64,000 nucleotides of DNA. Origin: Eledone cirrhosa (Eukaryota). This document shows, piece by piece, positions 12,099 to 25,849 of the stretch (position 1 is its first letter; the number at the start of each line of letters is the position of its first letter). The stretch spans positions 349,618,001 through 349,682,000 of the forward strand of contig OZ024743.1 of NCBI GenBank assembly GCA_964016885.1, given 5' to 3'. Below the pieces are notes generated by a model. That model saw only the letters and a program-made list of their open reading frames with translations, had not been told where the DNA came from and did not search any database. Position numbers and translations under genes: made by a program.

Positions 12099-12692
12099 TG
12101 AAAATTTAAGTAAGTAAGTTAATTTTTTTTTTATTTATTTTTTTTTTATTTTCTTATTTTACGTCTTTTATATTATTGTTCTGCATTCTCCTGCATTGAA
12201 CCACCTAGGTACTATGACATAACCTGTGTATTTGCTGGCATTAGCGTACATCTGTGCGCTTATGTTAGTAGATATATTAAATTATCTATATATATATATA
12301 TATATATATAGATTTGAAAAAAAGGAAAAGAATGACTTCACTTGTAGCTCTAAATAATTTGATTTAATTTTATAATATTATAATATAATGAGTTGGTAGA
12401 TCTAGTAAGTTCTTTGGTGGGAAGAATTCTTTTCACGTATATAAGGCATGGGTGAGTGGTGAAGGATTAAAAAGTTCGCTTCACTATCTTGAGGTCGTGA
12501 ACTGATGGATTGAACCTATAATTCGAAAGTCCACTAGTGTCAGATATAGTGCGACAGTGATTCCAGTTGATAATATTGAGGGCACACGTGTCTGTGTAAT
12601 ACTTAACCACATCCAGATTGACTCCTCTAGCAATGAACTTTTATTTGATCAAACAGAACGCCCGATTTCTAAACTGATGGAGATACCCGGCT

Positions 12693-14247
12693 ATACCAAC
12701 ACAGACATACTTTCCGAAACCCGGCCCGGCGTCACGCCACCACACTTTCGGGCCACATCTGGGACCTCAAAGATAACAATATTACTTATGATCTCACTTG
12801 GAGCTTACTGTCCAGAGCCAACTCTTACACGGGAGGACGCCGTCCGTGCAATTTATGCTCGGAGGAAACTTTAGAAATGCTGTTTTCGACGGACCAACTC
12901 CTAAACAAGAAAGACGAACTGGTAACTGCCTGCAAACACAGATTGCGTAGGACTTACCTCGCCCTCAAAGCCCATAATGACCCGGGGGGGAGGGTAGACA
13001 AGGGGTGTAACACCCCACTTGCCGACTTTGTAATGGGTAACCCCTGCTTGCAAAGGTAGACGTAAGATCTTCTTTTATACCTTTTATCGTTTCCCCTATA
13101 TTTCCTTCTTCCCCCATCCCTTCCTAGTCCTTCCACCCCAGTCCTCCTTCTTTGTCGTCGTCCTTTTCACTTTCTCGCCCATCCGAGGCAGCACCTCGGT
13201 TCTTTGTAGCCTCAGTACTCCCTCCCCATCCCCTATTTTATGATAGAATTGGCCGACTCCGCTTTTTATAGCAGATGTGATAGACCCCAGATACTTGCTT
13301 TCTTATCCGATGGCTGCCCCATTTCCGTGCTTTCTACATTTCTTAGTGGTATCTCTGCTTTAATTTCTCGTATATCAGTATTTTCTTTTTTTGGTGGGGG
13401 GGGGGGGGGGGGGGGGGTGATTCTGAATTAATTTTCCGTATCAAATTTTTCATATACTTCGTACGAGCACTTATGTAGTTTGCACTAGAATTTTTGTATC
13501 GTAGCGGCACCCTTAGAGATAGTATTAGTATTCTTTTTCGGGATTCTGAATTATTATTTCGTATTAGTTTATTTTTTGCACTGGGTGGTTGCTGGCCTTG
13601 TGCCTGGGGTGGAGACAATTGTTCGTATTAGTTTCGGGACTCTGAATTATTATTTCGTGGTAGTTTCTTTAGTATTTTGGCCCCCCACTTGTTGACCTGT
13701 CACCGTAAGATATACTCGGTTGATTACTACTAACTCTTAAAATGGTCTCATTACAATTCCGTCACACCTAGTAAACTTTTCTATAGTTTAGCAGTACCAG
13801 TGAGAGACTTAATGACTGTCGTTAGGGAATCGTAACCAGAAATTGTTTTTTTATATTTTTAACATTCTTGGCATTCTTCTATATATTTACTCCATATTGT
13901 TTTACTTATTGTTTCGACTTCCTCCCCCTCCCACTCCCTAGTATACTTGCTTGACCTCCTGCCCTACTGTAGTTGGCACTATCAACGTACGACTGGGTTT
14001 CCTCCACTCCCTCTCCCTCTTTCTTCTACTGGCAGGTTCAGCTACCCCTTCCTTCCACAAATTGCCATGATAGAATTATGTGTCTCAACAACAAACATTT
14101 GACCAATCCTTGTGACAATCACTTTTACCATATATGGAATTACCCCCTGAGAAGCTCGGTTATTCATATACCAGGATAAAAATGTTCATTTAGTCCAGAA
14201 TTAGCCGTCGAAACGGCTTGAGCTCAGCCGTCGGGGTCCTACTCGTT

Positions 14248-14252
<5 letters not shown>
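12693..14252 (+). mobile_element. 5'-truncated Naiad-type PLE: GIY-YIG C-terminus, long 3' UTR and HHR
   Basis: LLNKKDELVTACKH matches the Naiad terminal LNxRxE...CxH motif; HHR at the 3' end; ends in (TA)n. Confidence 0.65.
14142..14237 (+). ncRNA. Hammerhead ribozyme (core slightly altered, long stem II)
   Basis: acccc CTGAGAA ...cggttattc...gaattagccgtc GAAA cggct-tgagctc-agccg TC ggggt. Confidence 0.7.
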
Positions 14253-14285
<33 letters not shown>

Positions 14286-14684
14286 AGGTATCCTCCATCA
14301 GTTTAGTAATCGCGCATTCTGTTTGATCAAATGAAAGTTCATTTTCCTTAAAACTTAACTAATAATCGTTCGTGGAAAATACTGCATATTCGCGGAATCG
14401 TAAATATCTTCCGCGTTTTATTTTTTCGGCTTTTTTATGACAATATGCATTTTTTCAGGCTAAATTATTAATAACAATATAATGTATTTGCCGGCCTATT
14501 GGACACCCCCTCGCATAAGATGCTCCCGCTTTTTTTAAAATTATATTTTACGATATATTTAGTTGTTTATAGGCTTCTTTATGGACCACGTCCAATAGTC
14601 GGATCCCTCACTTTTCGCGCATTTTCTAGGAACGCAACGCCCGAAAATACCGGGGGACAACTGTATATATATATATATATATAT

Positions 14685-15391
<707 letters not shown>

Positions 15392-15421
15392 AGAATCAAA
15401 GCTATGTTCAAGGCATTTATT

Positions 15422-15468
15422 CACTTACAATTGTTTCATCCAAACCTAGGCTTGGAGTCTTCGGAGCA
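15422..15468 (-). ncRNA. Hammerhead (U4C variant) in element with inverted arms 15383-15451 / 15795-15864
   Basis: tgct CCGAAGA c-tccaagc-ctag-gtttgga-t GAAA caattg TA agtg; the plus-strand arm starts inside stem II. Confidence 0.6.
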
Positions 15469-16020
15469 TTTTTCAATGTTTGTACACATAATTGACCTCC
15501 TTTCCAACGCAAGATACATACAGATACATATATATATATATTGATGTACAGTGGAGTGGCATATATTATACTATACTATTTTTGTACAACAATTCAAATT
15601 CAAAATCAAAATCAAAATCAAATTTAAAATCAAAATCAAAATTTAAATACATTCGGCAGATAACACAGATAATGCAAGAGGATAGTTTGATGGTCAGATG
15701 TAGTAGGTAGTGTATGCATTAGTTACACATGGAGCATGCAACATTACATGTAACACACTGCCACACAATAATCATATAAAAATGAGACACACTTGCCTAG
15801 GTTTGGAAGAAACAATTGTAAGTGAATAATTTTTTTGAACATAGCTTTGATTCTTGTGAATTCTATATAACTGCTCTGTAGAACAACTGATGTTATTACA
15901 TTGAGATATTTATCTTACTGGTAATAAGGTAGTAATAAATTACTGACCTTCACTGTTTAGGGTGTAAAATATACATAACTATAAAAAGTTTTAATATATA
16001 CATAACCATAAATAGTATCC

Positions 16021-16147
<127 letters not shown>

Positions 16148-16332
16148 CATATATATATATATACATGTATTCATTAGTTAAGCAAAACAAGACCACAAAT
16201 TTCACAAGGAAGACATTATTAAAAGATTGTCAACATATTTTAATTTGATGTAAGAAATGTAGAGAATAATAATAATAATATTAATAATAATAATGTCCGT
16301 AAATAAATTTATATATATATATATATATATAT

Positions 16333-16600
16333 ACATTTAGGTTTGTTGGTTCACCACTGCATAGAACTGGTCATTCCGTATAGTCAAACTTGATGTAATA
16401 TTAGGGAGAGCACTCGACGTAATGCAACTCACCCGTCTTCGTTTGTGTTGTTGGCGGTGCGAGTACTGAGTTAAATATTATAAAATAACAGGAGGCTGGA
16501 CTGGTGTAACTCCTTAAAGGTGTATTATACTATAAGCATTTAACAAAGAAATATAATAGACACAATCCAAGGGGCTGAAATATGCCCAAGACGAGAAGGC
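16333..16600 (-). mobile_element. Older copy of the pLTR family at 51936-52425, HHR core deleted
   Basis: Colinear similarity to the reverse complement of 52124-52425, with the stem II/core segment missing. Confidence 0.6.
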
Positions 16601-17338
16601 GGCCCCCAAATTAGCAGTTGCCAGTCCGTGTGGCCGCCTTCAAGTGAGGGAACTACTTAGTCTTGTCATATCGTTCTGGTAAAGGGCAGTAAGCTTATAA
16701 TGCACTACTACCGCCCCGTCATGGAGAGACGCTAGCGGTGGCATCATGTTACATAGAAGTTAGTCAGAAGTGCTAAAAAGTACCAAGAAATATATATATT
16801 ATTTTTAATATAAATCTTTAACAAAAATATATAAAGTGGGCGTATGTACAGTAGATTTTTTATTGTAGAGTCAGAAATTACCATTAAAGATTAGAAATGT
16901 AAAATTTATGTTTAGAGTTAAAAGATATAATTTAAGATAAGATTAGAAAAGTAAGATTTAGGTTTAAAGTTGGAAGATTTATTTAAATAATTTACAGAAG
17001 GAAACATTTATGAAACGGTTAAATGTATTATTGATAGTTATAATAAAGTTTCAGAGTAGAATATAAAGTTAAGATTAAGATTAAAAAGTAAGATTAAGCC
17101 CAAATTTAAGAGTACCATTTAGCGGTCAATAACCAGTGACGTGGCGGATTCCCAGCCCACCCAGGGACCAATGGCGTGTCAAGCGTTCCAAGTATTTTGG
17201 TCTACCGAAAGAAAAGGAAATATATTTTTCCAAGCACTCCAGGGAGGTTAATTGTCTCAAATGCCGAGGGTGGTAGCGTTAAACCCGCCACCGTCAGCTG
17301 ATCATCGCGTATACCAAACGATTATTAATTATTAACAC

Positions 17339-18008
<670 letters not shown>

Positions 18009-18147
18009 GGTGTGTGTGTATGTTTATGCGCGTGTGTGTATAAAAATAAACCTACATATATGTATGTAATTGTATATATATATATGCTCAAGCATTTCGT
18101 GTGGAATACAATATAATTTGCAAATGAATGTATTTGTATCTAATATC

Positions 18148-18233
<86 letters not shown>

Positions 18234-18984
18234 ATATTTCATGATAACATAAATAATTATGTAGAAAGATTAGTAGATAAATCATTTATCAACACATAAC
18301 ATCACTCTAAGACCTATATAAACGTATTGATGTGACCGCACTCTCAAGTAAGTTGTAATTGTCATCCACCCCGTAATTCCAATCAGTCACCCGGAACATA
18401 ATATCTGAAGTTCCTCTGGGGTTACCCGGTACTCCATTATCAGAGCAGGTGCTCTGACATAAATCATTCAGGTTGGCGCTGTTAATTTTTTTTTATTTGT
18501 TTGTTGGTGTTGTTTCTGTTTTATTTTATTTTACTTTCTGTTCTGTTCTTTATTTTCGTTGATTTATTTCTTGTTGTTGTTGTTGTTTTTCTTGTAGTTG
18601 TTATTGTATTTGTTGTTGTCGTAGCCGTTCTTCTCGCTGCCGTTGATGTATTTTTTTGTTGTTGTTTTTTACTGATATTTTACTTTATTTTGACGTGTTT
18701 GTTTTGGCTATTTTCAGTATCTTTACATGAAGATACTGGAGTGTTTGCTGAGTCTGTTTGAAAGTAATTTGTGCCTGCCATGCGACCACTGGCAGACGGT
18801 GTGTATGGCACACTGAGAAGTGAGTACAATTAAAAGGTAATACAACAACAATAACAACAATGACAATGCAAAACTACAAACATCTTAGAAAAATCAGAAA
18901 CTAAGACGAATCTCTCCTAGTGAACGTCTGATTACATCACACTCTCGTAAACTAACAGAAACACGGATAGTCTCACATATATAC

Positions 18985-19170
18985 TTGTTTCTACTTTAGG
19001 CACAAGGCCAGCAATTACCCAGTACATTACTGGTACTTTATTTTATCGACCCCGTAAGAATGAAAGGCAAAGTTAACCTCGGCGGGATTTGAACTCAGAC
19101 TGTAAAGGGACGTAACTATGCTAGAAAGCATGACGTCCAACCCTCTACCGATACTGCTAATTCACCGCCC
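18985..19170 (-). mobile_element. tRNA-derived SINE
   Basis: Full family match. Confidence 0.88.
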
Positions 19171-20398
19171 TTATATACATACATACATATATACTGACAT
19201 AGAAACACACAGGTATATATGCCTACGTACAAATTCACACAAAATTATACATACTCACTACATAAAGGCTCACTATATCCGATATCTATCTAACTATCCA
19301 TCCACCTATCTTTAGCTGTAACCCCTCACTCTCTCAGCCCCCCCCCCCCACCTATATATATATATATATATATACTGTCATGATTTGCTCCCCTCCGAAC
19401 CCTCTTTGAAGTCTCAGTATACGCAATATTGTATTTCTATCCCACGCCTCCCAGGACAGGTCATAGGCACATCGCCAGTTTTTGTGACATGAAATGGAGT
19501 CTGCAATATATTTTTCGAATAGGCCCCTTTGCCTAAGGCCTGAATGTGTCCCTTGTTAACACACGTGTAGGATGATGTGTTATGATTCTTTTTCGTTCTC
19601 TCACCATATTTCAGTTTTGGTGGTCTTATTCGTGCCAGTCACCAATCTGGTACTTTCTCAAACCCACGAATATTGGGGGATGGTTTGCCATTACAATAAA
19701 ACCCAATTGCCTGTCCGCCTCCGAATCAATTCTATCCTCTATTTTCTGTTCTCTTTCTATGTTCGCCGTAATCTTGCATAACTAATTCTACAATCAACAC
19801 CTGATCAAATCAGCTAGGTCTTGCGTCATGATCGGATGATTAAACTAGGCCATTGAAATATGTAAAGTGGAATTAATATTTTACAGACAGCTTCCAATTG
19901 GGCCTACTGTTGATTTTAATGATTATAATATATAATATATATATAATCTATCTTGCTTTGAAAATACAGCAAAGTTATTTGAGGAAATATTATTTCAATA
20001 CAGGACATATTGTCGCTGTTCAGGATTTTAAAGGTCGTTATTTAAAAACTGTACGCACCGTTGTACACTGTCTCTTTTAAAGGTAGAGTGAAACAATTTA
20101 AAGAGACTTATTTCAATAATACACATAACGTTATCTAATGGGTTGATTTTCTTTCCTGATAATAAACAAATGATTTAAGAAACTTCACTTCAATAATGGG
20201 GCTCTGAGTAGCAGTACATTTATTTGTTTGTTGTCCTCTTGGAGAGTGGACAGACTGACAAGTTCTCATATAACCCCATTTTCTTGCGTTTTCTCTATAT
20301 ATCTATCACCTGCTTACCAGGATACCTCCAACACACGCGCTCTCACGAACACATATACAGACATACGCACACATACACACGCCCACAATATATATATA

Positions 20399-20424
20399 TT
20401 CTGCTTGCTTCAACCGACGCTGTC

Positions 20425-20487
<63 letters not shown>

Positions 20488-20680
20488 GTCGTTTTATATG
20501 TCTACGATTTAGCAAGCAACCAAAATTCTGCTTGCTTCAACCGACGCTGTCGTGTGTTTGTGTGTATGTGTGTGTGTGTTATCTGTTTATGTGTCTACGA
20601 TTTAGTAAGCAGCCAAACTTCTTTTATGTGTCTACGATTTAGTAAGCAGTCAAAATTCTGCTTTCTTCAACCGACGCAAT
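20399..20680. repeat. Minisatellite, ~127-bp period, with embedded (TG)n
   Basis: ttctgcttgcttcaaccgacgc recurs at 20399, 20526 and 20657. Confidence 0.8.
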
Positions 20681-21659
20681 TGATCAACTCAAGATTCTAT
20701 AACTCATGCATTTCGCCCCTGATATATATATTTATATATATAGTATTCATATATTATTTATATTTACAATTTGACAAATTTCAGTATTTCCAGTTTCAAG
20801 ACGTAAATATTTCTCCATACTCAGATGTGAAGAAACATGTAAAAAAATAGAGGTATCTAGTAAAGGACCTTCCTTGACTGGAAATATATACGCGAATATC
20901 CTAGTGATGTAGTTAAGTCTTTCATATCTTCTACTCTGTGTATTTGGTGTCATGGTGGCTCTGAAGTTGGGCTTAAAGTGGTTTTGGTAATTTATGCTGG
21001 TCCATGGGTGTTGGCTATCTGCCGTGATTTAAAATTGGCTAAAAGAGCGTTTCTCCGATGTCAATAGTACGTTACGTCAGTTGTTCTGTTGGTCTATATT
21101 GTAGGGTGCTGCTCTATGCTACCTCTCGCGGAGATTGTATTGACAATTGTTATCTCCAGGATGGCTAGGGGATGCTCTGATCAGAAGGCTCCATTTAATG
21201 TTTGGGGTGTGCGTTTGGTTAAGAAGCCTTCGCGCGAAGTTGGTCTAATCCTACTTACTGCGCCTAGGTTGAATCTGCATTTTAAAATTCTCTTGATTTT
21301 AATGTTGATGTGGCTGAAATTTTGCATCCACTTGTACCCCAGAGATGAAGGGATGTTATTTGTTTTCTAAGCAGATACGATAGGAATAATAGTTAGTCTA
21401 ATATATTTATGATTGGGGTTAATTGGTTGCTAGATCATATGGTTAATCATGTTTATAAAAGGAAATTCTTAATCAAACATTTCAATCATTGCTTGGGGAG
21501 GTGAAGGGAGGTTTTGAGGCAAATTTGGATTATTTATATTTCGCATCTGAGTGTCAGATGAAAAGACGAATGTAAGAATGTAATGACAGGGTAGAAGTGG
21601 GCTGGAATTTGAGGATGAGTGTTTAATAAGTATTTAATTCAATTTACAGCATAGAGTTA

Positions 21660-21792
21660 TGACCCTTTACTTTTTTAGTTCAAATCCCATCGAGGTTAAC
21701 TCTGCCTTTCATCCTTACTGTGTCGATAAAATAAAGTACCAGTAATGTACTGGTTAATTGCTGGCCTTGTGCCAAAAGTAGAAACAATTATT
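21660..21792 (+). mobile_element. tRNA-derived SINE, 5'-truncated
   Basis: Box B, central domain and tail present. Confidence 0.8.
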
Positions 21793-23059
21793 ATGAGTGT
21801 TCAACTGATTTAGGTATTCGATGTTTCACCAGCTAAACGTCTTCTATTTTATTTTTGTAATGAGTTGATATTTATTGATATACATTGTTTATGTTCTGTT
21901 GACTTTGCGAGCGGAAAGCGGGGGGTGCTTGGCGGGTGGTAATAGAAAGGCAAACTGTTGCCGGCAGCATGCTGAAAAGTGTCAAGAATGGTAGTTGAAT
22001 TGATTATCACCTTCTCCACACGTTTTTCGGCAACTTCCGTTGGGCGGGTACAAGTAATTTTTTTAAATGAGAGGACGTGAGACATTTTTTGTCGGTTACT
22101 CATACAGCACCTGAAACGGGACGATGCGATTTTCATATATTTAAACATCGCGTTAAAATTTGCTTTAAGTTTCTATTATTTAGTTTTAGGTTTTTTTTTT
22201 TTTAGTATTTATGTCTTTATTTGTTTAATTTATTTAATTATTATTTTACTTAATGTGATTTACTTATATTCATGTGTAGTTTGGTTTTAGCTGCTGTTTC
22301 TTTTTGTTTATTTATTTGTTTATCATATTTAAATTTGTTGGATTCTAGCTCCATGGATCTGTTAATTTAATGGCTAGGTTAGAGGTGTTTTAAATTAGGT
22401 AAGATTTGATTTCAGTTTTATTTTATTTTATTTTATTTTTTTATTTCAAAAATAATTTTTGATTTTGGTATAATTGATAATTACAAGATTTGGATATCAG
22501 TTGATTGTTTTATTTAATGGTTGAGCGAGTCGTTTATTTCAATGGAATCTCTTTTGTCTTAGTTGTTAGTTGCAAGGTTTTTCTTTATAGTAGGTAGTCT
22601 AGAGATTTTAATGCGGTTTACTCTCATTTCTGTTTTTACGGGATGTGGTCAAGATATGTTAATTTTAGTGATTGTATGATTAAATACTGAGTTGCGTCGT
22701 AAAATTATTACGATTTGCTATTGTACCACTCAAATGTTATGTTTGTTGGTATGTTAAGAGATTATTTTCTTTTTCCTTAATTTTTTGTGGTAGAAGATTT
22801 TATTTAACTAGCGGTGGTCTATTGAGTATAATGTAGTTTGATTTCGGTTCTCTTTTGTGTCGATGGTATATGGATGGATTTTAGGAGTTGATGGTTGCGT
22901 TGAATTTCTGTAGGGTGTACTTCTGGCTGCATAATGCCGTTTGTGCCCAAGGAGTGGTGGCTATTTATAGACAGCTCCACCACAACTTTGAAGGCTGTCC
23001 TCCTCCACAATGGAAACAAGTTCCCGACGCTGCCCCTAGCTCATTCAATCTGCCTAAAG

Positions 23060-23870
23060 GAAGATTACTACAGTGTGAAAGTCCTCTTGGAAGCTCTGCA
23101 ATAGAACCAGTACAATTGGGAAATCATTGGAGACTTCAAGATGGTGGCTTTCCTGCTTGGACTCTAAGGAGGCTTTATCAAATTCCAATGCTTCCTCTGC
23201 CTTTGGGACAGCAGAGCCACCTGTGACCACTACAAAAGAAAGAACTGGGAGCAGCGAACAGAATTTGTAGTTGGGACTCGGAACGTCATGTGGGAGCCAC
23301 TGGGTGATCCCAGGATTGTGCTCATGCCGCCACTGCACATTAAGATGGGGTTGATGAAGCAGTTTGTGAAGGCTCTCAACAAAGAATCAGCCGCTTTTAA
23401 GTACCTTCTTGAGTTCTTCCTCAAGTTATCTGAGGCCAAAATGGAAGGTGGAATTTTTGTTGGACCTCAGAAGGTGTTTGAGTCTACCGAGTTCTCCAAT
23501 AAGCTCAATAGAATTGAGAGAACAGCATGGAACTGTTTCAAGGCAGTTGTTAAGGGCTTCCTGAGCCACTACAGAGCTGAAAACTACCAGCAACTGGTGC
23601 AGGATCGATCTGATAAAGGCTTTCGGAGCCATGGGATGCAGGCTGTCGCTTAAACTCCATATGATGGACGCTCACCTGGAAACATTCAAGGACAATATGG
23701 GCCTCTATTCAGAAGAACAACGCGAACGATTCCACCAAGATGTGAAAGAGATAGAGTGGAGGTACCAGGGCCACTACAATGAAAACATGATGGGGGACTA
23801 TATATGGGGGCTTGTGCGGGAATGCGACCTGGACTACAACCGCAAATCCATGAAATCCAGTCATTTCTGA
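23060..23870 (+). pseudogene. Chapaev3-like DNA transposase C-terminal fragment
   Basis: MPPLHIKMGLMKQFVKAL, KLSEAKMEGGIFVGPQ, MGCRLSLKLH, SEEQRERFHQD, RYQG...MMGDYIW; frameshifted. Confidence 0.7.
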
Positions 23871-24115
23871 CGTGTATAAGTTGCTTTATAAGTGTTATTT
23901 GTTTTTACTTGTTTGCTTTTGATAAGCTTGCGTAATAAAATAAATATATATTCTGTTGATTTAATTATATGAATTGATACATTTTAAAAAAATGTTTTTT
24001 CTTGAAAAATATGAAAATTTCGAAATATCAAACTCCTAACCACAAACCCAAGCTTTTGATTAAATATAATCAGAGCATTCAGCCACACCGTGAATGGTTG
24101 CCAAAACATATATAT

Positions 24116-24151
<36 letters not shown>

Positions 24152-24379
24152 GGCTTTGTCTAGTTTATATGTATATACCCTCTAAATTTTATATACTCCC
24201 GTAAGGTTGAGTAAAACTTTAGGCAGTTTTCGGCTGCTCTTTCTAGCAAACAGCCTATTCGCCGACAGGCACCAATCACAAACTTCCTGCCTTGACCACT
24301 AGCCACGTGATGATTCTTAGCCATTTTGAATTCGTTTCTGGCGGGGATCATGTAAGAAAAATCTTTGTCCAATTGAGTT

Positions 24380-24464
24380 TATCTCCTGATGATTTCCAAC
24401 CTCGTTGATTTTTCCAAGATCGGATATATCCAAAAATGAAATGAAACCGCCGTGGGTAAAGATA
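24380..24464 (+). ncRNA. Hammerhead ribozyme with branched stem II
   Basis: tatctc CTGATGA tttc...gaaat GAAA cc-gccgtg-gg TA aagata, inside a ~600-bp segment bounded by (TA)n. Confidence 0.7.
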
Positions 24465-24755
24465 TCTTGATAATTTTGGTAGGTTTATGTACATTTTTTT
24501 CTTCTAACTTTGATTTTGTACCTAATTATGTATGGTTAACTATATGTCTAGTCAATTTCTACAGGCAATCAGAAATACTAGGTATATGTTCTGTAGCTGT
24601 GAGTCGCGGATAAAAAGCTATATCATGTATCTATTGTTTCGTCATAAGAATAGTTTAAACTTATAGCCTCGTTTAAATGATTCTTTGTGTGGTAGATTTA
24701 TGCTGATTGGGATAAGAAATACGGTATATATTTCATCTAATGAGCCTATAGACTT

Positions 24756-24824
<69 letters not shown>

Positions 24825-24830
<6 letters not shown>

Positions 24831-25453
24831 ATACTTTGGGAGGGTCATGTTGCCAATAAGAAACACACGCACCAGTTCCTTTCACTTCAATTTATTATAA
24901 TAAATTTATAAATTTAGGAATGTTTACACAAATCACAGAGGCAATAAGCATAAATGAACTCCAACCAAAATTAAATAGAAAACATGAGTGGAACAGCAAC
25001 ATCACAACTTACAATTAAGGACAAAATGAAAACACACATAGAACAAACAACCAACCAGTAACATGTAAATAAACAAATAAATAAACGAATATAAACAGAC
25101 ACAGACACCCGGATGTAACACATGCGCAAACTAAGCACACAACACACACAAAAACAAGATGGCGTAGGACGGAACAAAGGAGAGGCACAAAAAACGAAGA
25201 AAAGAATCCCCAGTCACTGAAGAGGTCACAGAATGTGTGACGAAAGAACTTTGACAATATATAAACAACCATCTGGTTGTGGAACCAACCAACCAACCGA
25301 AAATTTATAAATTCCTAAATTTATAAATTTATTATAATAAATTGAAGTGAAAGCATCTGGTGCGTGTGTTTCTTATTGGCAACATGACCCTCCCAAATTA
25401 TAACAATATCGGTTTCAACACACGTTTGCAGATAAACAAATTCAGAAACGAAA
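24825..25453 (+). mobile_element. Non-coding PLE pLTR element with inverted tail
   Basis: Inverted repeat 24825-24921 / 25311-25408; HHR inside; second copy at 50851-51366. Confidence 0.75.
25213..25255 (+). ncRNA. Minimal hammerhead ribozyme
   Basis: gtca CTGAAGA g-gtcaca-gaatg-tgtgac GAAA gaac TT tgac. Confidence 0.8.
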
Positions 25454-25474
25454 TATATATATATATATATATAT

Positions 25475-25692
25475 GAAAAGAGTCAGGACCCCGACGGTTG
25501 AGATCCGGCCGTTTCGACAGCTAGATCCAAACTAGGCCAGCTGGTTTAGTTCAGATCTAGCTGTCGAATCGGCCGGATCTCAGCCGTCGGGGTCCTGACT
25601 CTTTTCCTATTACCCACTCTACTAGCCTATATATCGTGTACTCTGGTGCGTTATGGTCCACCTGGTATCTTATCACGCCTTCTTTGTTGTTA
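25475..25692. mobile_element. Fold-back PLE pLTR fragment (palindrome 25475-25606)
   Basis: Palindrome centred on gacagctagatc...gatctagctgtc; arms carry stem III and stem I 3' sequence only. Confidence 0.75.
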
Positions 25693-25714
25693 TATATATA
25701 GATACATATATATG

Positions 25715-25766
<52 letters not shown>

Positions 25767-25797
25767 CCTGTGTGTGTATATATACACACAGAGGCAT

Positions 25798-25849
<52 letters not shown>

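Noticed and set aside
17110-17330. Minus-strand fragment resembling a LINE ORF C-terminus
   Set aside because: Too short and degenerate to assign.
19795-19856. Possible hammerhead CTGATCA-aatca...tgatt-AAA-ctag-GC
   Set aside because: Three core deviations and no convincing stem I; not counted.
21900-22130. GC-richer patch with ACTTCCG and GGGCGGG (promoter-like)
   Set aside because: Short motifs only, with no associated gene or transcript evidence.
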